A stretch of 64,000 nucleotides of DNA, taken from Eledone cirrhosa (lineage: Eukaryota). The notes below the pieces were generated by a model. That model was not told the origin of the DNA, made no database searches, and saw nothing but the letters and a program-made list of their open reading frames with translations. The stretch is taken from NCBI GenBank assembly GCA_964016885.1, contig OZ024740.1, positions 336,598,001 to 336,662,000 on the forward strand, read 5' to 3'. Shown here in pieces: positions 23,801 to 37,490 of this stretch. The position numbers were made by a program, and so were the translations under genes. Positions within the stretch are counted from its first letter, which is position 1; the number at the start of each line of letters is the position of its first letter.

Positions 23801-26240
23801 GGATCTCTGTGGTTGGGGTTGGAGCTGAGGGTGTTGGATCTCTGTGGTTGGGGTTGGAGCTGGAGGTGTTGGATCTCTGTGGTTGGGGTTGGAGCTGGGG
23901 GTGTTGGATCTCTGTGGTTGGGGTTGGAGCTGGAGGTGTTGGATCTCTGTGGTTGGGGTTGGAGCTGGGGGTGTTGGATCTCTGTGGTTGGGGTTGGAGC
24001 TGAGGGTGTTGGATCTCTGTGGTTGGGGTTGGAGCTGGAGGTGTTGGATCTCTGTGGTTGGGGTTGGAGCTGGGGGTGTTGGATCTCTGTGGTTGGGGTT
24101 GGAGCTGGGGGTGTTGGATTTCTGTGGTTGGGGTTGGAGCTGGGGGTGTTGGATCTCTGTGGTTGGGGTTGGAGCTGGGGGTGTTGGATCTCTGGGGTTG
24201 GGGTTGGAGCTGGAGGTGTTGGATCTCTGTGGTTGGGGTTGGAGCTGGGGGTGTTGGATCTCTGTGGTTGGGGTTGGAGCTGGGGGTGTTGGATCTCTGT
24301 GGTTGGGGTTGGAGCTGGGGGTGTTGGATCTCTGTGGTTGGGGTTGGAGCTGGGGGTACTGGATCTCTGTGGTTGGGGTTGGAGCTGGAGGTGTTGGATC
24401 TCTGTGGGGTTGGAGCTGGGGGTGTTGGATCTCTGTGGGGTTGGAGCTGGGGGTGTTGGATCTCTGTGGTTGGAGTTGGAGCTGGGGGTGTTGGATCTCT
24501 GTGGTTGGGGTTGGAGCTGGAGGTGTTGGATCTCTGTGGTTGGGGTTGGAGCTGGAGGTGTTGGATCTCTGTGGTTGGGGTTGGAGCTGGAGGTGTTGGA
24601 TCTCTGTGGGGTTGGAGCTGGGGGTGTTGGATCTCTGTGGTTGGGGTTGGAGCTGGGGGTGTTGGACCTCTGTGGAGTTGGAGCTGGGGGTGTTGGATCT
24701 CTGTGGTTGGGGTTGGAGCTGGGGGTGTTGGATCTCTGTGGGGTTGGAGCTGGGGGTGTTGAATCTCTGTGGTTGGTGTTGGAGCTGGAGGTGTTGGATC
24801 TCTGTGGTTGGGGTTGGAGCTGGGGGTGTTGGATCTCTGTGGTTGGGGTTGGAGCTGGGGGTGTTGGATCTCTGTGGTTGGGGTTGGAGGTGGGGGTGTT
24901 GGATCTCTGTGGTTGGGGTTGGAGCTGGAGGTGTTGTATTACTGTGGTTGGGGTTGGAGCTGGGGGTGTTGGATCTCTGTGGTTGGGGTTGGAGCTGGAG
25001 GTGTTGGATCTCTGTGGTTGGGGTTGGAGCTGGGGGTGTTGGATCTCTGTGGTTGATTTGGAGCTGGAGGTGTTGGATCTCTGTGGTTGGAGCTGGAGGT
25101 GTTGGATCTCTGTGGTTGGGGTTGGAGCTGGAGGTGTTGTATCTCTGTGGTTGGGGTTGGAGCTGGAGGTGTTGGATCTCTGTGGTTGGGGCTGGAGCTG
25201 GAGATGTTGGATCTCTGTGGTTGGGGTTGGAGCTGGGGGTGTTGGATCTCTGTGGTTGGAGCTGGAGGTGTTGGATCTCTGTGGTTGGGGTTGGAGCTGG
25301 AGGTGTTGGATCTCTGTGGTTGGGGTTGGAGCTGGGGTGTTGGATCTCTGTGGTTGGGGCTGGAGCTGGAGGTGTTGGATCTCTGTGGTTGGGGTTGGAT
25401 CTGGGGGTGTTGGATCTCTGTGGTTGGAGCTGGGGGTGTTGGATCTCTGTGGTTGGGGTTGGAGCTGGAGGTGTTGGATCTCTGTGGTTGGGGTTGGAGC
25501 TGGAGGTGTTAGATCTCTGTAGTTGGGGTTGGAGCTGGAGGTGTTGGATCTCTGTGGTTGGGGTTGGGGTTGGAGTTGGGGGTGTTGGATCTCTGTGGTT
25601 GGGGCTGGAGTTGGGGGTGTTGGATCTCTGTGGTTGGGGTTGGAGCTGGAGGTGTTGGATCTCTGTGGTTGGAGCTGGAGGTGTTGGATCTCTGTGATTG
25701 GGGTTGGAGCTGGAGGTGTTGGATCTCTGTGGTTGGGGTTGGAGCTGGAGGTGTTGGATCTCTGTGGTTGGGGTTGGAGCTGGAGGTGTTGGATCTCTGT
25801 GGTTGGGGTTGGAGCTGGAGGTGTTGGATCTCTGTGGTTGGAGCTGGAGGTGTTGGATCTCTGTGGTTGGGGCTGGAGCTGGGGGTGTTGGATCTCTGTG
25901 GTTGGGGCTGGAGCTGGGGGTGTTGGATCTCTGTGGTTGGGGCTGGAGCTGGGGGTGTTGGATCTCTGTGGTTGGGGCTGGAGTTGGGGGTGTTGGATCT
26001 CTGAGGTTGGGGCTGGAGCTGGGGGTGTTGGATCTCTGTGGTTGGGGCTGGAGCTGGGGGTGTTGGATCTCTGTGGTTGGGGCTGGAGCTGGGGCTGTTG
26101 GATTTCTGTGGTTGGGGTTGAAGCTGGAGGTGTTGGATCTCTGTGGTTGGGGTTGGAGCTGGGGGTGTTGGATCTCTGTGGTTGGGGTTGGAGCTGGGGG
26201 TGTTGGATCTCTGTGGTTGGGGTTGGAGCTGGGGGTGTTG
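20690..26240 (+). repeat. Tandem duplication, period about 2.73-2.83 kb (about 20690-23420 and 23420-26240)
   Basis: CTGCGG about 20766/23492, GACCTCTGTGGAG about 21834/24665, GTATTACT about 22139/24936, TTAGATCTCTGTAG 22714/25509, GGGGCTGTTGGATTT about 23267/26091. Confidence 0.88.
20830..21530 (+). repeat. Tandem duplication of 10 monomers (350 bp)
   Basis: TGGTGTTGGAGC about 20878/21228, GGGAGTG 20926/21276, GGAGGAG 21066/21416, all at offset 350. Confidence 0.85.
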
Positions 26241-29200
26241 GATCTCTGTGGTTGGGATTGGAGCTGGAGGTGTTGGATCTCTGTGGTTGGGGTTGGAGCT
26301 GGGGGTGTTGGATCTCTGTGGTTGGGGTTGGAGCTGGGGGTGTTGGATCTCTGTGGTTGGGGTTGGAGCTGGGGGTGTTGGATCTCTGTGGTTGGGGTTG
26401 GAGCTGGGGGTGTTGGATCTCTGTGGTTGGGGTTGGAGCTGGGGGTGTTGGATCTCTGTGGTTGGGGTTGGAGCTGGAGGTGTTGGATCTCTGTGGTTGG
26501 GGTTGGAGCTGGAGGTCTTGGATCTCTGTGGTTGGGGTTGGAGCTGGGGGTGTTGGATCTCTGTGGGGTTGGAGCTGGAGGTGTTGGATCTCTGTGGTTG
26601 GGGTTGGAGCTGGAGGTGTTGGATCTCTGTGGTTGGGGTTGGAGCTGGGGGTGTTGGATCTCTGTGGGGTTGGAGCTGGAGGTGTTGGATCTCTGTGGTT
26701 GGGATTGGGGTTGGAGCTGGGGGTGTTGGATCTCTGTGGTTGGGGATGGAGCTGGGGGTGTTGGATCTCTGTGGTTGGGGTTGGAGCTGGTGGTGTTGGA
26801 TCTCTGTGGTTGGGGTTGGAGCTGGGGGTGTTGGATCTCTGTGGTTGGGGTTGGAGCTGGGGGTGTTGGATCTCTGTGGTTGGGGTTGGAGCTGGAGGTG
26901 TTGGATCTCTGTGGGGTTGGAGCTGGGGGTGTTGGATATCTGTGGTTGGGGTTGGAGCTGGGGGTGTTGGATCTCTGTGGTTGGGGTTGGAGCTGGAGGT
27001 GTTGGATCTCTGTGGTTGGGGTTGGAGCTGGAGGTGTTGGATATCTGTGGTTGGGGTTGGAGCTGGGGGTGTTGGATCTCTGTGGTTGGGGTTGGAGCTG
27101 GAGGTGTTGGATCTCTGTGGGGTTGGAGCTGGGGGTGTTGGATCTCTGTGGGGTTGGAGCTGGGGGTGTGGGATCTCTGTGGTTGGGGTTGGAGCTGGGG
27201 GTGTTGGATCTCTGTGGTTGGGGTTGGAGCTGGAGGTGTTGGATCTCTGTGGGGTTGGAGCTGGGGGTGTTGGATCTCTGTGGGGTTGGAGCTGGGGGTG
27301 TTGGATCTCTGTGGTTGAGGCTGGAGCTGGAGGTGTTGGATCTCTGTGGTTGGGGTTGGAGCTGGGGGTGTTGGATCTATGTGGTTGGAGTTGGAGCTGG
27401 AGGTGTTGGATCTCTGTGGTTGGGGTTGGAGCTGGGGGTGTTGGATCTCTGTGGTTGGGGTTGGAGCTGGGGGTGTTGGATCGCTGTGGTTGGGGTTGGA
27501 GCTGGGGGTGTTGGATCTCTGTGGTTGGGGTTGGAGCTGGGGGTGTTGGATCTCTGTGGTTGGGGTTGGAGCTGGAGGTGTTGGATCTCTGTGGTTGGGG
27601 TTGGAGCTGGGGGTGTTGGATCTCTGTGGTTGGGGTTGGAGCTGGGGATGTTGGATCTCTGTGGTTGGGGTTGGAGCTGGGGGTGTTGGATCTCTGTGGT
27701 TGGGGTTGGAGCTGGGGGTGTTGGATCTCTGTGGTTGGGGTTGGAGCTGGGGGTGTTGGATCTCTGTGGTTGGGGTTGGAGCTGGAGGTGTTGGATCTCT
27801 GTGGGGTTGGAGCTGGGGGTGTTGGATTTCTGTGGGGTTGGAGCTGGGGGTGTTGGATCTCTGTGGTTGGGGTTGGAGCTGGGGGTGTTGGATCTCTGTG
27901 GTTGGGGTTGGAGCTGGAGGTGTTGGATCTCTGTGGGGTTGGAGCTGGGGGTGTTGGATCTCTGTGGGGTTGGAGCTGGGGGTGTTGGATCTCTGTGATT
28001 GGGGCTGGAGCTGGAGGTGTTGGATCTCTGTGGTTGGGGTTGGAGCTGGGGGTGTTGGATCTCTGTGGTTGGGGTTGGAGCTGGAGGTGTTGGATCTCTG
28101 TGGTTGGGGTTGGAGCTGGGGGTGTTGGATCTCTGTGGTTGGGGTTGGAGCTGGGGGTGTTGGATCTCTGTGGTTGGGGTTGGAGCTGGGGGTGTTGGAT
28201 CTCTGTGGTTGGGGTTGGAGCTGGGGGTGTTGGATCTCTGTGGTTGGGGTTGGAGCTGGGGGTGTTGGATCTCTGTGGTTGGGGTTGGAGCTGGGGGTGT
28301 TGGATCTCTGTGGTTGGAGTTGGAGCTGGGGGTGTTGGATCTCTGTGGTTGGGGTTGGAGCTGGGGGTGTTGGATCTCTGTGGTTGGGGATGGAGCTGGG
28401 GGTGTTGGATCTCTGTGGTTGGGGGTTGGAGCTGGGGGTGTTGGATTTCTGTGGTTGGGGTTGAAGCTGGGGGTGTTGGATCTCTGTGGGGTTGGAGCTG
28501 AGGGTGTTGGATCTCTGTGGGTTTGGAGCTGGAGGTGTTGGATCTCTGTGGTTGGGGTTGGAGCTGGAGGTGTTGGATCTCTGCGGTTGGGGTTGGAGCT
28601 GGAGGTTTTGGATCTCTGTGGTTGGGGATGGAGCTGGAGGTGTTGGATCTCTGTGGTTGGGGTTGAAGCTGGGAGTGTTGGATCTCTGTGGTTGGGTTGG
28701 AGCTGGAGGTGTTGGTTCTCTGTGGTTGGGGTTGGAGCTGGGGGTGTGGATCTCTGTGGTTGGGGTTGGAGCTGGAGGTGTTGGATCTCTGTGGTTGGGG
28801 TTGGAGCTGGAGGTGTTGGATCTCTGTGGTTGGGGTTGGAGCTGGAGGTGTTGGATCTCTGTGGTTGGGGTTGGAGCTGGGGGTGTTGGATCTCTGTGTT
28901 TGGGGTTGGAGCTGGAGGTGTTGGATCTCTGTGGTTGGGGTTGGAGCTGGAGGTGTTGGATCTCTGTGGTTGGGGTTGGAGCTGGAGGTGTTGGATCTCT
29001 GTGGTTGGGGTTGGAGCTGGAGGTGTTGGATCTCTGTGGTTGGGGTTGGAGCTGGGGGTGTTGGATCTCTGTGGTTGGGGTTGGAGCTGGGGGTGTTGGA
29101 TCTCTGTGGTTGGGGTTGGAGCTGGAGGTGTTGGATCTCTGTGGTTGGGGTTGGAGCTGGGGGTGTTGGATCTCTGTGTTTGGGGTTGGAGCTGGAGGTG

Positions 29201-32200
29201 TTGGATCTCTGTGGTTGGGGTTGGTGCTGGAGGTGTTGGATCTCTGTGGTTGGGGTTGGTACTGGGGGTGTTGGATCTCTGTGGGGTTGGAGCTGGGGGT
29301 GTTGGATCTCTGTGGTTGGGGTTGGAGCTGGAGGTGTTGGATCTCTGTGGTTGGGGTTGGAGCTGGGGGTGTTGGATCTCTGTGGTTGGGGTTGGTGCTG
29401 GAGGTGTTGGATCTCTGTGGTTGGAGTTGGAGCTGGGGGTGTTGGATCTCTGTGGTTGGGGTTGGAGCTGGGGGTGTTGGATCTCTGTGGTTGGGGTTGG
29501 AGCTGGGGGTGTTGGGTCTCTGTGGTTGGGGTTGGAGCTGGGGGTGTTGGATCTCTGTGGTTGGGGTTGGAGCTGGAGGTGTTGGATCTCTGTGGTTGGG
29601 GTTGGAGCTGGGGGTGTTGGATCTCTGTGGTTGGGGTTGGAGCTGGGGGTGTTGGATCTCTGTGGTTGGAGCTGGAGGTGTTGGATCTCTGTGGTTGGGG
29701 TTGGAGCTGGAGGTGTTGTATCTCTGTGGTTGGGGTTGGAGCTGGAGGTGTTGGATCTCTGTGGTTGGGGCTGGAGCTGGAGATGTTGGATCTCTGTGGT
29801 TGGGGTTGGAGCTGAGGGTGTTGGATCTCTGTGGTTGGAGCTGGAGGTGTTGGATCTCTGTGGTTGGGGTTGGAGCTGGAGGTGTTGGATCTCTGTGGTT
29901 GGGGTTGGAGCTGGGGGTGTTGGATCTCTGTGGTTGGGGCTGGAGCTGGAGGTGTTGGATCTCTGTGGTTGGGGTTGGATCTGGGGGTGTTGGATCTCTG
30001 TGGTTGGAGCTGGGGGTGTTGGATCTCTGTGGTTGGGGTTGGAGCTGGAGGTGTTGGATCTCTGTGGTTGGGGTTGGAGCTGGAGGTGTTAGATCTCTGT
30101 AGTTGGGGTTGGAGCTGGAGGTGTTGGATCTCTGTGGTTGGGGTTGGGGTTGGAGTTGGGGGTGTTGGATCTCTGTGGTTGGGGCTGGAGTTGGGGGTGT
30201 TGGATCTCTGTGGTTGGGGTTGGAGCTGGAGGTGTTGGATCTCTGTGGTTGGAGCTGGAGGTGTTGGATCTCTGTGATTGGGGTTGGAGCTGGAGGTGTT
30301 GGATCTCTGTGGTTGGGGTTGGAGCTGGAGGTGTTGGATCTCTGTGGTTGGGGTTGGAGCTGGAGGTGTTGGATCTCTGTGGTTGGGGTTGGAGCTGGAG
30401 GTGTTGGATCTCTGTGGTTGGGGCTGGAGCTGGGGGTGTTGGATCTCTGTGGTTGGGGCTGGAGCTGGGGGTGTTGGATCTCTGTGGTTGGGGCTGGAGC
30501 TGGGGGTGTTGGATCTCTGTGGTTGGGGCTGGAGTTGGGGGTGTTGGATCTCTGAGGTTGGGGCTGGAGCTGGGGGTGTTGGATCTCTGTGGTTGGGGCT
30601 GGAGCTGGGGGTGTTGGATCTCTGTGGTTGGGGCTGGAGCTGGGGCTGTTGGATTTCTGTGGTTGGGGTTGAAGCTGGAGGTGTTGGATCTCTGTGGTTG
30701 GGGTTGGAGCTGGGGGTGTTGGATCTCTGTGGTTGGGGTTGGAGCTGGGGGTGTTGGATCTCTGTGGTTGGGGTTGGAGCTGGGGGTGTTGGATCTCTGT
30801 GGTTGGGGTTGGAGCTGAGGGTGTTGGATCTCTGTGGTTGGGGTTGGAGCTGGAGGTGTTGGATCTCTGCGGTTGGGGTTGGAGCTGGGGGTGTTGGATA
30901 TCTGTGGTTGGGGCTGAAGCTGGGGGTGTTGGATCTCTGTGGTTGGGGTTGGAGCTGGAGGTGTTGGATCTCTGTGGTTGGTGTTGGAGCTGGGGGTGTT
31001 GGATCTCTGTGGTTGGGGTTGGAGCTGGGGGTGTTGGATCTCTGTGGTTGGGGTTGGAGCTGGGGGTGTTGGATCTCTGTGGTTGGGGTTGGAGCTGGGG
31101 GTGTTGGATCTCTGTGGTTGGGGTTGGAGCTGGGGGTGTTGGATCTCTGTGGTTGGGGTTGGAGCTGGAGGAGTTGGATCTCTGTGGTTGGGGTTGGAGC
31201 TGAGGGTGTTGGATCTCTGTGGTTGGGGTTGGAGCTGGAGGTGTTGGATCTCTGTGGTTGGGGTTGGAGCTGGGGGTGTTGGATCTCTGTGGTTGGGGTT
31301 GGAGCTGGAGGTGTTGGATCTCTGTGGTTGGGGTTGGAGCTGGGGGTGTTGGATCTCTGTGGTTGGGGTTGGAGCTGAGGGTGTTGGATCTCTGTGGTTG
31401 GGGTTGGAGCTGGAGGTGTTGGATCTCTGTGGTTGGGGTTGGAGCTGGGGGTGTTGGATCTCTGTGGTTGGGGTTGGAGCTGGGGGTGTTGGATTTCTGT
31501 GGTTGGGGTTGGAGCTGGGGGTGTTGGATCTCTGTGGTTGGGGTTGGAGCTGGGGGTGTTGGATCTCTGGGGTTGGGGTTGGAGCTGGAGGTGTTGGATC
31601 TCTGTGGTTGGGGTTGGAGCTGGGGGTGTTGGATCTCTGTGGTTGGGGTTGGAGCTGGGGGTGTTGGATCTCTGTGGTTGGGGTTGGAGCTGGGGGTGTT
31701 GGATCTCTGTGGTTGGGGTTGGAGCTGGGGGTACTGGATCTCTGTGGTTGGGGTTGGAGCTGGAGGTGTTGGATCTCTGTGGGGTTGGAGCTGGGGGTGT
31801 TGGATCTCTGTGGGGTTGGAGCTGGGGGTGTTGGATCTCTGTGGTTGGAGTTGGAGCTGGGGGTGTTGGATCTCTGTGGTTGGGGTTGGAGCTGGAGGTG
31901 TTGGATCTCTGTGGTTGGGGTTGGAGCTGGAGGTGTTGGATCTCTGTGGTTGGGGTTGGAGCTGGAGGTGTTGGATCTCTGTGGGGTTGGAGCTGGGGGT
32001 GTTGGATCTCTGTGGTTGGGGTTGGAGCTGGGGGTGTTGGACCTCTGTGGAGTTGGAGCTGGGGGTGTTGGATCTCTGTGGTTGGGGTTGGAGCTGGGGG
32101 TGTTGGATCTCTGTGGGGTTGGAGCTGGGGGTGTTGAATCTCTGTGGTTGGTGTTGGAGCTGGAGGTGTTGGATCTCTGTGGTTGGGGTTGGAGCTGGAG

Positions 32201-35200
32201 GTGTTGGATCTCTGTGGTTGGGGTTGGAGCTGGGGGTGTTGGATCTCTGTGGTTGGGGTTGGAGCTGGGGGTGTTGGATCTCTGTGGTTGGGGTTGGAGG
32301 TGGGGGTGTTGGATCTCTGTGGTTGGGGTTGGAGCTGGAGGTGTTGTATTACTGTGGTTGGGGTTGGAGCTGGGGGTGTTGGATCTCTGTTGTTGGGGTT
32401 GGAGCTGGAGGTGTTGGATCTCTGTGGTTGGGGTTGGAGCTGGGGGTGTTGGATCTCTGTGGTTGATTTGGAGCTGGAGGTGTTGGATCTCTGTGGTTGG
32501 AGCTGGAGGTGTTGGATCTCTGTGGTTGGGGTTGGAGCTGGAGGTGTTGTATCTCTGTGGTTGGGGTTGGAGCTGGAGGTGTTGGATCTCTGTGGTTGGG
32601 GCTGGAGCTGGAGATGTTGGATCTCTGTGGTTGGGGTTGGAGCTGGGGGTGTTGGATCTCTGTGGTTGGAGCTGGAGGTGTTGGATCTCTGTGGTTGGGG
32701 TTGGAGCTGGAGGTGTTGGATCTCTGTGGTTGGGGTTGGAGCTGGGGTGTTGGATCTCTGTGGTTGGGGCTGGAGCTGGAGGTGTTGGATCTCTGTGGTT
32801 GGGGTTGGATCTGGGGGTGTTGGATCTCTGTGGTTGGAGCTGGGGGTGTTGGATCTCTGTGGTTGGGGTTGGAGCTGGAGGTGTTGGATCTCTGTGGTTG
32901 GGGTTGGAGCTGGAGGTGTTAGATCTCTGTAGTTGGGGTTGGAGCTGGAGGTGTTGGATCTCTGTGGTTGGGGTTGGGGTTGGAGTTGGGGGTGTTGGAT
33001 CTCTGTGGTTGGGGCTGGAGTTGGGGGTGTTGGATCTCTGTGGTTGGGGTTGGAGCTGGAGGTGTTGGATCTCTGTGGTTGGAGCTGGAGGTGTTGGATC
33101 TCTGTGATTGGGGTTGGAGCTGGAGGTGTTGGATCTCTGTGGTTGGGGTTGGAGCTGGAGGTGTTGGATCTCTGTGGTTGGGGTTGGAGCTGGAGGTGTT
33201 GGATCTCTGTGGTTGGGGTTGGAGCTGGAGGTGTTGGATCTCTGTGGTTGGAGCTGGAGGTGTTGGATCTCTGTGGTTGGGGCTGGAGCTGGGGGTGTTG
33301 GATCTCTGTGGTTGGGGCTGGAGCTGGGGGTGTTGGATCTCTGTGGTTGGGGCTGGAGCTGGGGGTGTTGGATCTCTGTGGTTGGGGCTGGAGTTGGGGG
33401 TGTTGGATCTCTGAGGTTGGGGCTGGAGCTGGGGGTGTTGGATCTCTGTGGTTGGGGCTGGAGCTGGGGGTGTTGGATCTCTGTGGTTGGGGCTGGAGCT
33501 GGGGCTGTTGGATTTCTGTGGTTGGGGTTGAAGCTGGAGGTGTTGGATCTCTGTGGTTGGGGTTGGAGCTGGGGGTGTTGGATCTCTGTGGTTGGGGTTG
33601 GAGCTGGGGGTGTTGGATCTCTGTGGTTGGGGTTGGAGCTGGGGGTGTTGGATCTCTGTGGTTGGGATTGGAGCTGGAGGTGTTGGATCTCTGTGGTTGG
33701 GGTTGGAGCTGGGGGTGTTGGATCTCTGTGGTTGGGGTTGGAGCTGGGGGTGTTGGATCTCTGTGGTTGGGGTTGGAGCTGGGGGTGTTGGATCTCTGTG
33801 GTTGGGGTTGGAGCTGGGGGTGTTGGATCTCTGTGGTTGGGGTTGGAGCTGGGGGTGTTGGATCTCTGTGGTTGGGGTTGGAGCTGGAGGTGTTGGATCT
33901 CTGTGGTTGGGGTTGGAGCTGGAGGTCTTGGATCTCTGTGGTTGGGGTTGGAGCTGGGGGTGTTGGATCTCTGTGGGGTTGGAGCTGGAGGTGTTGGATC
34001 TCTGTGGTTGGGGTTGGAGCTGGAGGTGTTGGATCTCTGTGGTTGGGGTTGGAGCTGGGGGTGTTGGATCTCTGTGGGGTTGGAGCTGGAGGTGTTGGAT
34101 CTCTGTGGTTGGGATTGGGGTTGGAGCTGGGGGTGTTGGATCTCTGTGGTTGGGGATGGAGCTGGGGGTGTTGGATCTCTGTGGTTGGGGTTGGAGCTGG
34201 TGGTGTTGGATCTCTGTGGTTGGGGTTGGAGCTGGGGGTGTTGGATCTCTGTGGTTGGGGTTGGAGCTGGGGGTGTTGGATCTCTGTGGTTGGGGTTGGA
34301 GCTGGAGGTGTTGGATCTCTGTGGGGTTGGAGCTGGGGGTGTTGGATATCTGTGGTTGGGGTTGGAGCTGGGGGTGTTGGATCTCTGTGGTTGGGGTTGG
34401 AGCTGGAGGTGTTGGATCTCTGTGGTTGGGGTTGGAGCTGGAGGTGTTGGATATCTGTGGTTGGGGTTGGAGCTGGGGGTGTTGGATCTCTGTGGTTGGG
34501 GTTGGAGCTGGAGGTGTTGGATCTCTGTGGGGTTGGAGCTGGGGGTGTTGGATCTCTGTGGGGTTGGAGCTGGGGGTGTGGGATCTCTGTGGTTGGGGTT
34601 GGAGCTGGGGTTGTTGGATCTCTGTGGTTGGGGTTGGAGCTGGAGGTGTTGGATCTCTGTGGGGTTGGAGCTGGGGGTGTTGGATCTCTGTGGGGTTGGA
34701 GCTGGGGGTGTTGGATCTCTGTGGTTGAGGCTGGAGCTGGAGGTGTTGGATCTCTGTGGTTGGGGTTGGAGCTGGGGGTGTTGGATCTATGTGGTTGGAG
34801 TTGGAGCTGGAGGTGTTGGATCTCTGTGGTTGGGGTTGGAGCTGGGGGTGTTGGATCTCTGTGGTTGGGGTTGGAGCTGGGGGTGTTGGATCGCTGTGGT
34901 TGGGGTTGGAGCTGGGGGTGTTGGATCTCTGTGGTTGGGGTTGGAGCTGGGGGTGTTGGATCTCTGTGGTTGGGGTTGGAGCTGGAGGTGTTGGATCTCT
35001 GTGGTTGGGGTTGGAGCTGGGGGTGTTGGATCTCTGTGGTTGGGGTTGGAGCTGGGGATGTTGGATCTCTGTGGTTGGGGTTGGAGCTGGGGGTGTTGGA
35101 TCTCTGTGGTTGGGGTTGGAGCTGGGGGTGTTGGATCTCTGTGGTTGGGGTTGGAGCTGGGGGTGTTGGATCTCTGTGGTTGGGGTTGGAGCTGGAGGTG

Positions 35201-37490
35201 TTGGATCTCTGTGGGGTTGGAGCTGGGGGTGTTGGATTTCTGTGGGGTTGGAGCTGGGGGTGTTGGATCTCTGTGGTTGGGGTTGGAGCTGGGGGTGTTG
35301 GATCTCTGTGGTTGGGGTTGGAGCTGGAGGTGTTGGATCTCTGTGGGGTTGGAGCTGGGGGTGTTGGATCTCTGTGGGGTTGGAGCTGGGGGTGTTGGAT
35401 CTCTGTGGTTGGGGCTGGAGCTGGAGGTGTTGGATCTCTGTGGTTGGGGTTGGAGCTGGGGGTGTTGGATCTCTGTGGTTGGGGTTGGAGCTGGAGGTGT
35501 TGGATCTCTGTGGTTGGGGTTGGAGCTGGGGGTGTTGGATCTCTGTGGTTGGGGTTGGAGCTGGGGGTGTTGGATCTCTGTGGTTGGGGTTGGAGCTGGG
35601 GGTGTTGGATCTCTGTGGTTGGGGTTGGAGCTGGGGGTGTTGGATCTCTGTGGTTGGGGTTGGAGCTGGGGGTGTTGGATCTCTGTGGTTGGGGTTGGAG
35701 CTGGGGGTGTTGGATCTCTGTGGTTGGAGTTGGAGCTGGGGGTGTTGGATCTCTGTGGTTGGGGTTGGAGCTGGGGGTGTTGGATCTCTGTGGTTGGGGA
35801 TGGAGCTGGGGGTGTTGGATCTCTGTGGTTGGGGGTTGGAGCTGGGGGTGTTGGATTTCTGTGGTTGGGGTTGAAGCTGGGGGTGTTGGATCTCTGTGGG
35901 GTTGGAGCTGAGGGTGTTGGATCTCTGTGGGTTTGGAGCTGGAGGTGTTGGATCTCTGTGGTTGGGGTTGGAGCTGGAGGTGTTGGATCTCTGCGGTTGG
36001 GGTTGGAGCTGGAGGTTTTGGATCTCTGTGGTTGGGGATGGAGCTGGAGGTGTTGGATCTCTGTGGTTGGGGTTGAAGCTGGGAGTGTTGGATCTCTGTG
36101 GTTGGGTTGGAGCTGGAGGTGTTGGTTCTCTGTGGTTGGGGTTGGAGCTGGGGGTGTGGATCTCTGTGGTTGGGGTTGGAGCTGGAGGTGTTGGATCTCT
36201 GTGGTTGGGGTTGGAACTGGAGGTGTTGGATCTCTGTGGTTGGGGTTGTAACTGGAGGTGTTGGATCTCTGTGGTTGGGGTTGGAGCTGGAGGTGTTGGA
36301 TCTCTGTGGTTGGGGTTGGAGCTGGAGGTGTTGGATCTCTGTGGTTGGGGCTGGAGCTGGAGGTGTTGGATCTCTGTGGTTGGGGTTGGAACTGGAGGTG
36401 TTGGATCTCTGTGATTGGGACTGGAGCTGGGGGTGTTGGTTCACTGTGGTTGGGGTTGGAGCTGGAGGTGTTGGATCTCTGTGGTTGGGGTTGGAGCTGG
36501 AGGTGTTGGATCTCTGTGGTTGGGGTTGGAGCTGGAGGTGTTGGATCTCTGTGGTTGGGGTTGGAGCTGGAGGTGTTGGATCTCTGTGGTTGGGGTTGGA
36601 GCTGGAGGTGTTGGATCTCTGTGGTTGGGGGTGGAGCTGGAGGTGTTGGATCTCTGTGGTTGGGGTTGGAGCTGGAGGTGTTGGACCTCTGTGGTTGGGG
36701 TTGGAGCTGGAGGTGTTGGATCTCTGTGGTTGGGGTTGGAGCTGGAGGTGTTGGATCTCTGTGGTTGGGGTTGGAGCTGGGGGTGTTGGATCTCTGTGTT
36801 TGGGGTTGGAGCTGGAGGTGTTGGATCTCTGTGGTTGGGGTTGGAGCTGGAGGTGTTGGATCTCTGTGGTTGGGGTTGGAGCTGGAGGTGTTGGATCTCT
36901 GTGGTTGGGGTTGGAGCTGGAGGTGTTGGATCTCTGTGGTTGGGGTTGGAGCTGGGGGTGTTGGATCTCTGTGGTTGGGGTTGGAGCTGGGGGTGTTGGA
37001 TCTCTGTGGTTGGGGTTGGAGCTGGAGGTGTTGGATCTCTGTGGTTGGGGTTGGAGCTGGGGGTGTTGGATCTCTGTGTTTGGGGTTGGAGCTGGAGGTG
37101 TTGGATCTCTGTGGTTGGGGTTGGTGCTGGAGGTGTTGGATCTCTGTGGTTGGGGTTGGTACTGGGGGTGTTGGATCTCTGTGGGGTTGGAGCTGGGGGT
37201 GTTGGATCTCTGTGGTTGGGGTTGGAGCTGGAGGTGTTGGATCTCTGTGGTTGGGGTTGGAGCTGGGGGTGTTGGATCTCTGTGGTTGGGGTTGGTGCTG
37301 GAGGTGTTGGATCTCTGTGGTTGGAGTTGGAGCTGGGGGTGTTGGATCTCTGTGGTTGGGGTTGGATAGGGGTGTTGGATCTCTGTGGTTGGGGTTGGAG
37401 CTGGGGGTGTTGGATCTCTGTGGTTGGGGTTGGAGCTGGGGGTGTTGGATCTCTGTGGTTGGGGTTGGAGCTGGGGGTGTTGGGTCTCTG
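22146..37490 (+). repeat. Recent near-identical tandem duplication of about 7.4 kb (about 22146-29520 and 29521-37490)
   Basis: ORF-track pairs 22728/30103, 22903/30278 and 24019/31394 (offset 7375) and 25523/32933, 26143/33553 and 27346/34756 (offset 7410) are identical or nearly so. Copy 2 carries about 490 extra bp at about 36200-36690, after which the offset is 7900 (TTGGTGCTGG 29221/37121). Confidence 0.92.

Noticed and set aside
22714-36444. 4576-aa minus-strand P/Q/T/S-rich mucin-like ORF (also 1575-7466, 43081-48777, 51695-56389)
   Set aside because: Starts and stops are created by chance point variants. The repeat period is 35 bp, not a codon multiple, and there is no signal peptide, unique domain or visible splice context. 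Not called as CDS.
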